Assembly: GCA_016791005.1 (NCBI GenBank) | Contig: JAEUNY010000179.1 | Coordinates: 253 to 64,252, forward strand | Origin: Zoogloeaceae bacterium | GTDB taxonomy: Bacteria; Pseudomonadota; Gammaproteobacteria; Burkholderiales; Rhodocyclaceae | Reading direction: 5' to 3' | DNA length: 64,000 nucleotides | Part shown: piece after piece, positions 53,967 through 64,000 of the stretch | Numbering within the stretch: the first letter of the stretch is position 1 | Layout of the letters: each line of letters opens with the position of its first letter | Position numbers and translations under genes: made by a program | The notes under the pieces: generated by a model | What the model saw: the letters and a program-made list of their open reading frames with translations, nothing else | What the model was told of the DNA's origin: nothing | The model's database searches: none

Positions 53967-53983
53967 GCTGGGGTCCAATCACG

Positions 53984-55900
53984 ATGCCGCGTATCACCCT
54001 ACCGGACGGCTCTGTCCGCTCATTCGATCAGCCGGTCACGGTGGCGGAGGTGGCTGCGTCCATCGGCGCCGGACTCGCGCGGGCGGCTTTGGCGGGGCGG
54101 GTGGATGGCCGGTTGGTCGATACCAGTCATGTGATTGGCCAGGATGCGCAGTTGGCAATCGTGACGGACAAGGATGCAGATGGCCTGGAGGTCCTGCGCC
54201 ATTCCACTGCGCACTTGCTTGCCTATGCGGTCAAGGAACTGTTTCCCGACGCCCAGGTGACGATTGGGCCGGTGATCGAAAACGGTTTTTACTACGATTT
54301 CTCCTACAGCCGGCCCTTTACGCCGGAGGATCTGGAGAAGATCGAGCGCCGTATGGTCGAACTCGCCCGCAAGGATTTCCCCGTGACCCGGGAGGTCTTG
54401 CCCCGGGACGAGGCGGTGGCCTTTTTCAAGGGCCTGGGGGAGCACTACAAGGCCGAGATCATTGCCTCCATTCCTGCTGCCGAGGACGTCTCCCTCTATC
54501 GCGAAGGGGATTTCGTCGACCTTTGCCGTGGACCCCACGTGCCGAGCACCGGGCGGTTGAAGGTCTTTAAGCTCATGAAGGTGGCGGGCGCCTATTGGCG
54601 CGGCGATTCGCGCAACGAGATGCTGCAGCGGATCTATGGCACGGCCTGGGCGCGCAAGGAAGATCAGGACCAATACCTTCACCGCCTAGAAGAGGCGGAG
54701 AAGCGGGATCACCGTCGCCTTGGTCGGCAGTTGGACCTTTTCCATCTCCAGGACGAAGCGCCGGGCATGGTGTTCTGGCATCCGGCGGGCTGGACCCTGT
54801 GGCAACAAATCGAGCAATACCTTCGGGCGTTGCTGACCCGGGCCGGCTATCGGGAGGTGAAAACCCCGCTGGTGATGGATCGTCACCTTTGGGAGCGTTC
54901 CGGCCATTGGGAGAACTATCGCGAGAACATGTTCACCACCGAGTCGGAAAAGCGGGACTACGCCATCAAGCCGATGAACTGTCCGGGGCATGTGCAGATA
55001 TTCAACCATGGCCTGCGCTCCTACCGGGATTTGCCGCTACGTCTGGCTGAATTTGGCTCCTGCCACCGCAATGAACCCTCGGGCGCACTCCATGGCCTTA
55101 TGCGCGTGCGCGGGTTTGTGCAGGATGACGCCCACATCTTCTGCACCGAGGAGCAGATCGTCTCCGAGGTGGCGGCGTTCAACAGCCTTCTGATCGACGT
55201 GTATCGCGACTTCGGTTTTACCGAGATCGCCGTGAAGCTCTCGCTCCGTCCCGACAAGCGGGCCGGTTCAGACGAGGTGTGGGATCGCGCAGAGGCGGGG
55301 CTGCGGGAGGCCCTGGCGGCCTCAGGTCAGACCTGGGAAGAGCTTCCCGAGGAGGGCGCTTTCTATGGTCCGAAGATCGAATACCAGATCAAGGATGCCC
55401 TCGGCCGCTCCTGGCAGTGTGGCACGATGCAGCTGGATTTCGTTCTGCCCGAGCGCCTCGGTGCGGAGTTTGTGGCGGAGGACAACGCCCGTCACCGTCC
55501 GGTCATGCTGCACCGTGCGATTCTTGGGTCGCTGGAGCGCTTCATCGGCATCCTCATCGAACATTACGCGGGTGCGTTCCCGTTCTGGCTCGCGCCGACC
55601 CAGGCCGTGGTCATGAATATATCGGAAGGCCAATCGGAGTACGCCGCAAATGTGCAAAAGTCCTTAGTCGACGCGGGTTTCCGCGTCGAGGCGGATTTGC
55701 GGAACGAAAAGATTACTTATAAAATACGAGAACATAGCGTTCGCAAGCTGCCCTACCAAATTGTCGTCGGTGACAAGGAAAAGGCAGCGAATCTGGTGGC
55801 CGTTCGCATCCGAGGTGGCCAAGACCTCGGTCAAATGTCCCTCGAAGCCTTGCTCGAGCGCTGGCAGCGTGATCTTGATGCGCGTGCCGGCACGGCCTGA
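53984..55900 (+). CDS. thrS: Threonine--tRNA ligase
   Basis: [24 protein letters not shown] (TGS domain), HSTAHLL, class II core, C-terminal anticodon-binding domain. The ORF-track N-extension overlaps tRNA-Val and is rejected. Confidence 0.97.
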   Translation: MPRITLPDGSVRSFDQPVTVAEVAASIGAGLARAALAGRVDGRLVDTSHVIGQDAQLAIVTDKDADGLEVLRHSTAHLLAYAVKELFPDAQVTIGPVIENGFYYDFSYSRPFTPEDLEKIERRMVELARKDFPVTREVLPRDEAVAFFKGLGEHYKAEIIASIPAAEDVSLYREGDFVDLCRGPHVPSTGRLKVFKLMKVAGAYWRGDSRNEMLQRIYGTAWARKEDQDQYLHRLEEAEKRDHRRLGRQLDLFHLQDEAPGMVFWHPAGWTLWQQIEQYLRALLTRAGYREVKTPLVMDRHLWERSGHWENYRENMFTTESEKRDYAIKPMNCPGHVQIFNHGLRSYRDLPLRLAEFGSCHRNEPSGALHGLMRVRGFVQDDAHIFCTEEQIVSEVAAFNSLLIDVYRDFGFTEIAVKLSLRPDKRAGSDEVWDRAEAGLREALAASGQTWEELPEEGAFYGPKIEYQIKDALGRSWQCGTMQLDFVLPERLGAEFVAEDNARHRPVMLHRAILGSLERFIGILIEHYAGAFPFWLAPTQAVVMNISEGQSEYAANVQKSLVDAGFRVEADLRNEKITYKIREHSVRKLPYQIVVGDKEKAANLVAVRIRGGQDLGQMSLEALLERWQRDLDARAGTA

Positions 55901-55928
55901 TTTTGTGTTTGGCATGGAGAGTTAAACC

Positions 55929-56453
55929 ATCGCTCAGGATAAAAAACAGCGCGTAAACGAAGAAATCAGCGCGCCGGAAGTGCGGTTGATCGACGCAGAG
56001 GGTGAGCAGGCCGGCATTGTGTCGCTGCAAACGGCCTTGAACATGGCCGAGGACGCAGGGCTGGACTTGGTTGAAATTGCCCCGATGGCGAAACCGCCCG
56101 TATGTCGGGTGATGGATTTTGGCAAGTTCAAGTACCAGGAATCCAAGCGGGCCCACGAGGCGAAGCTCAAGCAGAAGCAGATCCAGGTCAAGGAAGTGAA
56201 GCTGCGACCGGGTACCGACGAGAACGACTACCAGATCAAGTTGCGCAATCTGAAGCGCTTCCTGGAAGAAGGGGACAAAGCCAAGGTCACCCTCCGGTTT
56301 CGCGGCCGGGAAATGGCGCACCAGGAGTTTGGTTTGCGCCAATTGGAAAGAATTCGAACTGACCTGGAGGAACTGGGCCAGGTCGAGCAGATGCCCAAGA
56401 TGGAAGGGCGTCAGATGGTCATGGTGATTGCGCCCAAGAAAGTGGTGCGCTGA
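55929..56453 (+). CDS. infC: Translation initiation factor IF-3, apparent AUC start codon
   Basis: The in-frame translation from ATC 55929 gives [31 protein letters not shown]..., a conserved IF3 N-terminus. TAA at 55923 blocks any upstream start, and GGAGAG lies 7 nt upstream. The first canonical start (GTG 55980) would delete conserved residues. Confidence 0.9.
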   Translation: MAQDKKQRVNEEISAPEVRLIDAEGEQAGIVSLQTALNMAEDAGLDLVEIAPMAKPPVCRVMDFGKFKYQESKRAHEAKLKQKQIQVKEVKLRPGTDENDYQIKLRNLKRFLEEGDKAKVTLRFRGREMAHQEFGLRQLERIRTDLEELGQVEQMPKMEGRQMVMVIAPKKVVR

Positions 56454-56582
56454 CCAACAGAAGTTTGGACCCCGCTGGACGGGGCCGAACACGGAGAAAT
56501 CTCCGTAAAACAAGTGGTGTCAGGTTGTCAAAGTGCTGTGGTCGGCACTACCTGGCAGCATGTTATGAAAGAAGGAGCAGTC

Positions 56583-56780
56583 ATGCCCAAAATGAAGACC
56601 AAGAGCGGGGCCGCCAAGCGGTTCAAGGTCCGCTCGAGCGGAAGCATCAAGCGTTCTCAGGCGTTCAAGCGCCACATCCTGACCAAGAAGACCACCAAGA
56701 GCAAGCGCCAGCTGCGCGGCATGACGGCTGTTCATGCCAGCGATGAAAAGCTGATCCGCGCCATGCTGCCTTACGCTTGA
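56583..56780 (+). CDS. rpmI: 50S ribosomal protein L35
   Basis: [16 protein letters not shown]... Confidence 0.96.
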   Translation: MPKMKTKSGAAKRFKVRSSGSIKRSQAFKRHILTKKTTKSKRQLRGMTAVHASDEKLIRAMLPYA

Positions 56781-56792
56781 TAGGAGAACGAG

Positions 56793-58252
<1,460 letters not shown>

Positions 58253-58256
58253 CACC

Positions 58257-60638
58257 ATGCAATTCTCAGAAAATTGGCTTCGAACCCTGGTGAGTCCGGA
58301 GTTGGACAGTGACGGCCTTGGCCACCTTTTGACCATGGCTGGCCTGGAAGTGGAGGAGCAGCACCCTGCGGCGCCGCCTTTCGAAAAGGTTGTGGTCGGC
58401 CATATCTTGGCGACGGAGCCCCATCCCAATGCCGACAAGCTTCGCGTCTGTCGGGTGGACGTGGGCGAGGCCGCGCCCCTGCAGATCGTCTGCGGCGCGC
58501 CGAATGCGGCGGCGGGCTTGAAAGTTCCCTGCGCACTGGTGGGCGCGGCCCTGCCGGGGTTCGAGATCAAGGCGGCAAAGCTTCGGGGGGTCGAATCATT
58601 CGGCATGCTGTGTTCGGCCAAGGAACTCGGCGTTTCTGCCGATCAGGACGGGCTTCTGGTTCTGGCGCCGGAATCGGCCCCGGGTGCCAATGTGCGGGAC
58701 CTCTTGGGGCTCGACGATACTCTCTTCACCATCAAGCTCACGCCGAACCGGGCGGACTGCCTCAGCGTGGTCGGTATCGCCAGGGAGGTGGCGGCGATCA
58801 CCGGGGCGGCGATGACCCTTCCGGCTGTCGACGCCGTAGCCCCGACGATCGAGCGGCAGCGGGCCGTCGTCCTCGACGCGCCAGCGGCTTGTCCGCGGTA
58901 TTGCGGGCGGGTGATTGCAGGGGTCGATGCGCGGGCGGCGACGCCCTCGTGGATGCGGGAACGGCTCGCGCGATCCGGAATCCGTTCGATCAGCGCCCTT
59001 GTGGACGTCACCAATTACGTCATGCTGGAGCTTGGGCAGCCGCTCCATGCCTTTGACAACACTCGTTTGGCAGGCGCGATCCACGTCCGTTTTCCCGTCC
59101 CAGGGGATGAAGTGGAGTTGTTGAATGGCCAGGTGATTACCCCTGACGCCGATACCTTACTCATTGCCGACGACGCGAAGGCCTTGGCTCTGGCGGGCAT
59201 CATGGGGGGCGAGCAGAGCGGGGTGACCCTCGATTCCAACGAAATATTCCTGGAGAGCGCCTTCTTTGCCCCTGAGGCAGTGTCGGGTCGGGCCCGTCGA
59301 TATGGTTTCTCGTCCGATGCTTCCCATCGCTTCGAACGAGGAGTCGATTTCGCACTCCCGGTGCAAGCGATGGAGCGCGCGACTCGCCTCATTCTGGATA
59401 TCTGCGGCGGCGAGGCGGGCCCGATTGTGGAAGCCGTCTCCGTAGAGAACCTACCGTCCCGCCCATCCGTCCCCCTGCGGCCCGATCGGGTGAGGCGCCT
59501 GCTCGGCATCGAATTGCCCGACGCCGCTATCGTCGATTTGTTGCGGCGAGTGCATCTCAGTGTGGAGCCGGCCGGATCCGAATACCGGGTCCAGGGGCCT
59601 TCCTATCGCTTCGATATCGAGATCGAGGAAGATTTGGTAGAGGAGGTGGCGCGTTTGCATGGTTACGAAAATATGCCGGCGCCTGAGCCCCGAGGATTGC
59701 TGGCGATGCTGCCCCAGACGGAGTCTGGTCGCAGCCCTTGGGCCGTCCGTCGCCTGTTGGCGGAGCGGGATTACCAGGAAGTGGTGAATTACGCCTTCGT
59801 CGAAGACGGCTGGGAGCGGGATTTCTGCGGAAATGCGGCGCCAATCCGCTTGGCAAACCCGATCGCTAGTCAGATGAGCGTGATGCGCAGCAGTCTGATC
59901 GGTGGGCTGGTGGCCACCTTGCTGACGAACCAGAAACGCCAGGCCGACCGTATTCGCGTTTTTGAGATCGGGCGATGCTTCATGCGCGAAGAGGCTGGCC
60001 ATGGGGTCGTTCCCGGTTACCACCAACCTCTCAAACTGGGATTGCTTGCGGCGGGTCCGGCGCTCCCCGAGCAATGGGGGGCACCCACGCGGTCGGCGGA
60101 TTTTTTTGATGTGAAGGGCGACCTAGAGGCTCTATTCCTTCCCCTCGAACTTGAATTTTCCCGGCTCGCTCATCCCGCCCTCCACCCGGGGCGCGCCGCC
60201 CGGGTGGATCTGGACGGGCAACCGATCGGAATCCTGGGTGAACTTCATCCATTGTGGGTTCAGCGCTATGGTCTCAGCGCGCCGCCCATCGTTGCCGAGC
60301 TTGATTTCGATGCCGTGCTGCGGGCCCGCCAACCACGCTACGAAATGGTGTCCCGCCTACCTGCGGTGGAGCGTGATCTGGCCTTCATCCTGGATTCCGG
60401 TATCCCGGCGGGAGCGCTCCTGGCGGCTTTGAGGGCGGTCGCGCCGGCGATTGTCAGGGGGGTGTCCCTCTTCGACGAATACCACGGCAAGGGCATCGAT
60501 TCTGGAAAAAAGAGCCTTGCTTTCAGGGTGTTGTTGCAAGATACTCAGCGGACGCTTGAGGAGAATGAGGTCGAGGAAGCCGTCGGCGTAATCATCAAGC
60601 ATGCTGCGGAGGCGTACGGTGCAAAGCTGCGGGGATAG
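58257..60638 (+). CDS. pheT: Phenylalanine--tRNA ligase beta subunit
   Basis: MQFSENWLR..., tRNA-binding domain ([15 protein letters not shown]), B3/4 and B5 domains, [10 protein letters not shown]-terminus. Confidence 0.96.
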   Translation: MQFSENWLRTLVSPELDSDGLGHLLTMAGLEVEEQHPAAPPFEKVVVGHILATEPHPNADKLRVCRVDVGEAAPLQIVCGAPNAAAGLKVPCALVGAALPGFEIKAAKLRGVESFGMLCSAKELGVSADQDGLLVLAPESAPGANVRDLLGLDDTLFTIKLTPNRADCLSVVGIAREVAAITGAAMTLPAVDAVAPTIERQRAVVLDAPAACPRYCGRVIAGVDARAATPSWMRERLARSGIRSISALVDVTNYVMLELGQPLHAFDNTRLAGAIHVRFPVPGDEVELLNGQVITPDADTLLIADDAKALALAGIMGGEQSGVTLDSNEIFLESAFFAPEAVSGRARRYGFSSDASHRFERGVDFALPVQAMERATRLILDICGGEAGPIVEAVSVENLPSRPSVPLRPDRVRRLLGIELPDAAIVDLLRRVHLSVEPAGSEYRVQGPSYRFDIEIEEDLVEEVARLHGYENMPAPEPRGLLAMLPQTESGRSPWAVRRLLAERDYQEVVNYAFVEDGWERDFCGNAAPIRLANPIASQMSVMRSSLIGGLVATLLTNQKRQADRIRVFEIGRCFMREEAGHGVVPGYHQPLKLGLLAAGPALPEQWGAPTRSADFFDVKGDLEALFLPLELEFSRLAHPALHPGRAARVDLDGQPIGILGELHPLWVQRYGLSAPPIVAELDFDAVLRARQPRYEMVSRLPAVERDLAFILDSGIPAGALLAALRAVAPAIVRGVSLFDEYHGKGIDSGKKSLAFRVLLQDTQRTLEENEVEEAVGVIIKHAAEAYGAKLRG

Positions 60639-60648
60639 TGAAACAACA

Positions 60649-60957
60649 ATGATGACCTTGACCAAGGCGGAGTTGGCGGAGTTGCTGTTTGAGCGCGTCG
60701 GACTCAACAAGCGGGAAGCGAAGGACATGGTGGAAGGCTTCTTCGAGGAAATCCGCCTTGCCCTTGAGCGGGGCGAATCGGTGAAGCTCTCCGGGTTTGG
60801 GAATTTCCAGCTCCGCGACAAGCCCCAGCGGCCAGGGCGTAACCCGAAGACCGGCGAGGAAATCCCGATCACCGCCCGCCGTGTCGTCACCTTTCATGCC
60901 AGCCAAAAACTCAAAGCTGCGGTCGAGCAGTTGAGCGATGCAGAACAACCCGCCTGA
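60649..60957 (+). CDS. ihfA: Integration host factor alpha subunit
   Basis: [34 protein letters not shown]...[26 protein letters not shown]. Confidence 0.96.
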   Translation: MMTLTKAELAELLFERVGLNKREAKDMVEGFFEEIRLALERGESVKLSGFGNFQLRDKPQRPGRNPKTGEEIPITARRVVTFHASQKLKAAVEQLSDAEQPA

Positions 60958-61318
60958 GGCTCCGCTCGAGCCACTGCCGCCGATTCCCGCAAAGCGCTAT
61001 TTCACGATCGGTGAGGTCAGCGATTTGTGCGGCGTCAAGCCCCACGTTCTTCGCTATTGGGAACAAGAGTTCACCCAATTGCGACCGACCAAGCGGCGCG
61101 GTAATCGTCGTTACTACCAGCACCACGAAGTGGTCCTCGTGAGGCGCATCCGCGAACTGCTCTACGGCCAGGGCTTCACGATTTCCGGTGCCCGCCATCA
61201 ATTGGAAGGTCAGGCCATCCACGCCCAGGAGGAAGAGGAAGAAGCCACCCGGCTCCGGGGGGTTCTTCACGAGGTCCGGGAAGAATTGAAGGATCTCCTC
61301 GTTTCCCTCAATAGTTAA
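60938..61318 (+). CDS. MerR-family transcriptional regulator conserved downstream of ihfA
   Basis: [25 protein letters not shown]...[19 protein letters not shown] is a MerR HTH without a metal-binding C-terminus. It overlaps ihfA by 20 nt. Confidence 0.85.
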   Translation: MQNNPPEAPLEPLPPIPAKRYFTIGEVSDLCGVKPHVLRYWEQEFTQLRPTKRRGNRRYYQHHEVVLVRRIRELLYGQGFTISGARHQLEGQAIHAQEEEEEATRLRGVLHEVREELKDLLVSLNS

Positions 61319-61489
61319 ACCGACAGGTCGTTCGGGCGAAGGGATTCATCTGTTTCCCGTGGGGCGCAAAATGAGCTGGCGCCGGCCCACCTGACCTCCC
61401 GATGCCTGAATGTTAGGCGTTCGCGAGCCCCCAGGGGGTGCCTCAATCGGTCTGATCGACCTGCGTTATGCCTCGCATCACCACCAAGC

Positions 61490-61517
61490 AAAAGCCCCGC
61501 TGAGGCGGGGCTTTTTG
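61490..61517. terminator. Rho-independent terminator (A/T-flanked, potentially bidirectional)
   Basis: AAAAGCCCCGC-TGAG-GCGGGGCTTTTT. Confidence 0.8.
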
Positions 61518-61664
61518 GATTCTGCCGGGGGCGGGCTTCAGAGCTGTGCTGTCCAGCTTTACACGATGACCTACGTCCGGATCAATCAATGATTTCCGCG
61601 TCGCTCTCGCATTGTTTCTTCGGTCGGGTGGGCCACAAACAACTGGCCCGGAAACAGGGTCTTG

Positions 61665-61739
61665 TGGTGGGCGGTGCAGGGTTCGAACCTGCGACCCCTG
61701 CCGTGTGAAGGCAGTGCTCTACCGCTGAGCTAACCGCCC
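61665..61739 (-). tRNA. tRNA-Val (anticodon CAC)
   Basis: The reverse complement GGGCGGTTAGCTCAGCGGTAGAGCACTGCCTTCACACGGCAGGGGTCGCAGGTTCGAACCCTGCACCGCCCACCA has a 7-bp acceptor, TTCACAC loop and encoded CCA. Confidence 0.9.
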
Positions 61740-61841
61740 CAACCGGGAAGAGGCGAGATTTTAGGGTGGAGAGCGGGCGTCGTCAAGGTGGCGGCGTCTT
61801 CGCGTAAAATCCTGCCTTTCGATCGTTTCCTTACGTTTTTC

Positions 61842-63239
61842 ATGGCATCCAGCATTCGCACCCGATTCGCCCCCAGTCCCACCGGATTTCTGCATATCGG
61901 TGGCGCCCGAACCGCGTTGTTTTCCTGGGCTTTTGCCCGCCGGCATGGCGGCCGGTTCATATTGCGGATCGAGGATACCGATGTCGCCCGCTCCACGCCG
62001 GAGGCGGTGCAGGCCATCCTGGATGGCATGCGCTGGCTTGAGCTTGAATGGGACGAAGGGCCGTTCTACCAGATGCAGCGGATGGACCGCTACAAGGCGG
62101 TAATCCGCGAGATGCTAGCGGCCGGGACGGCCTATCACTGCTACATGGCGCCGGAGGAACTCGAGGCCCTGCGGGAGGCCCAGCGTGCTCGGGGTGAAAA
62201 GCCTCGTTACGATGGACGCTGGCGACCTGAGCCGGGCAAGGTTCTGCCGGATCAGCCGGCCGGGGGGCAGCCTGTGGTTCGCTTCAGGAACCCAGCCGAC
62301 GGCGTGGTGGGCTGGGACGACGAGGTGAAGGGGCGTATCGAGTTTGCCAATGCGGAACTGGACGACCTGATCATCGCCCGGGCCGACGGCACGCCCACCT
62401 ACAATTTCTGTGTGGTGGTGGATGATTGGGACATGGGCATCACCCACGTGGTGCGGGGAGACGACCATGTGAATAACACCCCGCGGCAGATCAACATCCT
62501 GCGTGCCCTCGGGGCTGAAGTGCCGCGCTACGCTCACCTTTCGATGATCCTGGGGGACGATGGGCAGAAGCTTTCCAAGCGTCATGGCGCGGTCAGTGTC
62601 ATGCAGTATGCCGAGGATGGCTATCTGCCCGAGGCCGTCATCAACTATCTGGCCCGTTTGGGCTGGAGCCACGGGGACGATGAAATCTTTTCGCGGGACC
62701 AACTGGTGGCGTGGTTCGACCTCGACCACATCACCCCCTCGGCGGCCCAGTTCAACACTGAAAAGCTCAACTGGCTCAACGCGCATTACATCAAGCAGGC
62801 GGAGCCCGCGCGACTGGCCGGCGAGGTGGCCAACCGGCTTGCCCGCCGAGGCGTTGATCCGGAGACCGGGCCACCCCTGGAGGCCGTGGTGACCCTCTAT
62901 CGCGAGCGGGTGCAGAACCTCAACCAGTTGGCGGATGAGTCAGAAGGGTATTTACGGCCCTTGCATCCGGCGCCGGAATTGATTGCCCAGCATCTGACCG
63001 AAACGGCCAAATCAGCTCTGGCGAGCCTTAAGGCCCGCTTGGCCACCGTGGCCTGGGAAAAGCCTGCCCTGAATCAGGCGATCAAGGACACCATGGCGGA
63101 ACAGGGCCTGAAGATGCCCCAGGTGGCCATTCCCCTGCGGGTGGCCCTGCTCGGGACCCCGCAGACGCCGTCCATCGACGCCGTATTGGAAGTCCTGGGG
63201 CGGGAGCGGGTCCTGGAAAGGTTGGCGCGCTACGTTTGA
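61842..63239 (+). CDS. gltX: Glutamate--tRNA ligase
   Basis: [25 protein letters not shown] (HIGH motif), KLSKRHG (KMSKS motif). The start is ATG 61842. The ORF-track extension is rejected. Confidence 0.96.
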   Translation: MASSIRTRFAPSPTGFLHIGGARTALFSWAFARRHGGRFILRIEDTDVARSTPEAVQAILDGMRWLELEWDEGPFYQMQRMDRYKAVIREMLAAGTAYHCYMAPEELEALREAQRARGEKPRYDGRWRPEPGKVLPDQPAGGQPVVRFRNPADGVVGWDDEVKGRIEFANAELDDLIIARADGTPTYNFCVVVDDWDMGITHVVRGDDHVNNTPRQINILRALGAEVPRYAHLSMILGDDGQKLSKRHGAVSVMQYAEDGYLPEAVINYLARLGWSHGDDEIFSRDQLVAWFDLDHITPSAAQFNTEKLNWLNAHYIKQAEPARLAGEVANRLARRGVDPETGPPLEAVVTLYRERVQNLNQLADESEGYLRPLHPAPELIAQHLTETAKSALASLKARLATVAWEKPALNQAIKDTMAEQGLKMPQVAIPLRVALLGTPQTPSIDAVLEVLGRERVLERLARYV

Positions 63240-63316
63240 CGTCCGGCTCCATGCGCCGATGAATCGGGGCCGTACCGAGGGCGGCCCTGTGGTTTCGGAG
63301 CCGGAAAGAGGCTGCT

Positions 63317-63994
63317 TCAGAAGCTGCCCCGGGCGGCGGAATGTGGCGGCGCGGTGGCGAGCTCTCCATTCGGGCTGATCGCGACCCGGTCACCCTGGCG
63401 CCAGCTCGGCGCCGCCTTGCGAGTGAGGACGCGGCGCTGGCCATCGTCCATGCGTACGACCACCTCGTACTGCGTCGAAGTGCGGACTCGCTTCTCGACC
63501 TGGTGGCCGGCATAGCCACCCGCCACGGCTCCGGCGATTGTGGCGATGGCGTTGCCCGAGCCTTTGCCAACCTGATTGCCCAGCACGCCACCCACGACAC
63601 CCCCGGCGATCGCGCCGAGGCCCGTGCCTTCTCCGTTGGCCTGGATCTGGCGAACCGACTCCACCACGCCGCAATGGGCGCAGTCGCTGACTAGCACCGC
63701 ATGGCCAGCATCGGCCGGCGGCAGGTCCGTACGGGAACTGGCGGCGGACCGGCTCGGCGTGGCCTCGGCCCGGGGGCGGGCTTCGACCGGGTTCGCGCGG
63801 GGATCGTAAAAGACCGCTTCCCCATCGGAAGGATGTACGGTCGATGCAGGTTCTTGGCCGGCTTGTGGAGACGTGTCCACTGGGGTGGCGTGGGCGAGAT
63901 TTTCGCGGTCCGCCGGCTTGCCGAGCAGGCCAGTCAATTGGGCCAGCCCGGCGAGGCTGAAGACGGTCAAGGCAATCGCCGCGACCCACAGCAC
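63317..63994 (-). CDS. Glycine-zipper (Rick_17kDa_Anti-like) domain membrane/envelope protein, N-terminus possibly beyond window
   Basis: GLGAIAGGVVGGVLGNQVGKGSGNAIATIAGAVAGGYAG is a glycine zipper preceded by CAHCGVVESV. The N-terminal TM segment starts at the window edge. Coordinates are taken from the ORF track, and my hand count of the last lines is off by one. Confidence 0.7.
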   Translation of the reverse strand: MLWVAAIALTVFSLAGLAQLTGLLGKPADRENLAHATPVDTSPQAGQEPASTVHPSDGEAVFYDPRANPVEARPRAEATPSRSAASSRTDLPPADAGHAVLVSDCAHCGVVESVRQIQANGEGTGLGAIAGGVVGGVLGNQVGKGSGNAIATIAGAVAGGYAGHQVEKRVRTSTQYEVVVRMDDGQRRVLTRKAAPSWRQGDRVAISPNGELATAPPHSAARGSF

Positions 63995-64000
63995 GGGGTG

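Noticed and set aside
53804-53983. N-terminal extension of the thrS ORF
   Set aside because: It overlaps the tRNA-Val 3' half and the hairpin/U-run. The conserved ThrRS N-terminus starts at MPRITLPDG (53984).

Overview
High-GC chromosomal segment that looks proteobacterial, probably betaproteobacterial. This is judged from a Bordetella/Burkholderia-type H-NS, the nadE-glnB pairing, and the anr/hemN/ccoI neighbourhood. Most of the window is conserved core. It holds rpsU-yqeY-dnaG-rpoD plus a tRNA(CAT), and tsaD / plsY / folB. It also holds trxB-(crp-like)-ftsK-lolA-rarA-serS, mltF, and tRNA-Ser/tRNA-Val followed by thrS-infC-rpmI-rplT-pheST-ihfA-merR-like. Further core genes are tRNA-Val(CAC), gltX, ppa, two MFS genes, nadE-glnB and smr. 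Three modules stand out. (1) The left edge (1-4.2 kb) carries a copper module: copB, two c-type cytochromes and a TRASH/HMBD-type Cu-ATPase, next to the tRNA. (2) Roughly 13-30 kb is a low-oxygen block: ccoIS, ccoNOQP, ccoGH, uspA, phaC, fnr, hemN and a DsbD_2-like membrane protein. It contains three readable FNR boxes (TTGAT-N4-ATCAA type). (3) A second copper unit (merR-like / copA / copZ) has a mer-type operator. The most interesting unexplained element is a translationally coupled gene pair at 24291-25660, inside the FNR block. It encodes a 212-aa soluble protein that carries only an MCP signalling-tip-like motif, followed by a 244-aa flavodoxin-less metallo-beta-lactamase/di-iron (ODP-like) protein. 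I read this as a candidate O2/Fe/NO-sensing two-protein module with no chemotaxis genes in view. Next to it are a decayed Crp-family remnant and a SirB-like/hemerythrin pair. Other points: a visibly lower-GC islet (about 42.3-43.9 kb) with a short LMW-phosphatase-like gene framed by a repeated 14-21 bp motif; an AUC start for infC; and a tRNA-Thr-anticodon-loop-like hairpin directly upstream of thrS. I found no transposase, integrase, CRISPR array, rRNA or recognisable defence system. All calls come from reading the translations and sequence by eye. No searches were run, so family assignments for non-core genes are provisional.
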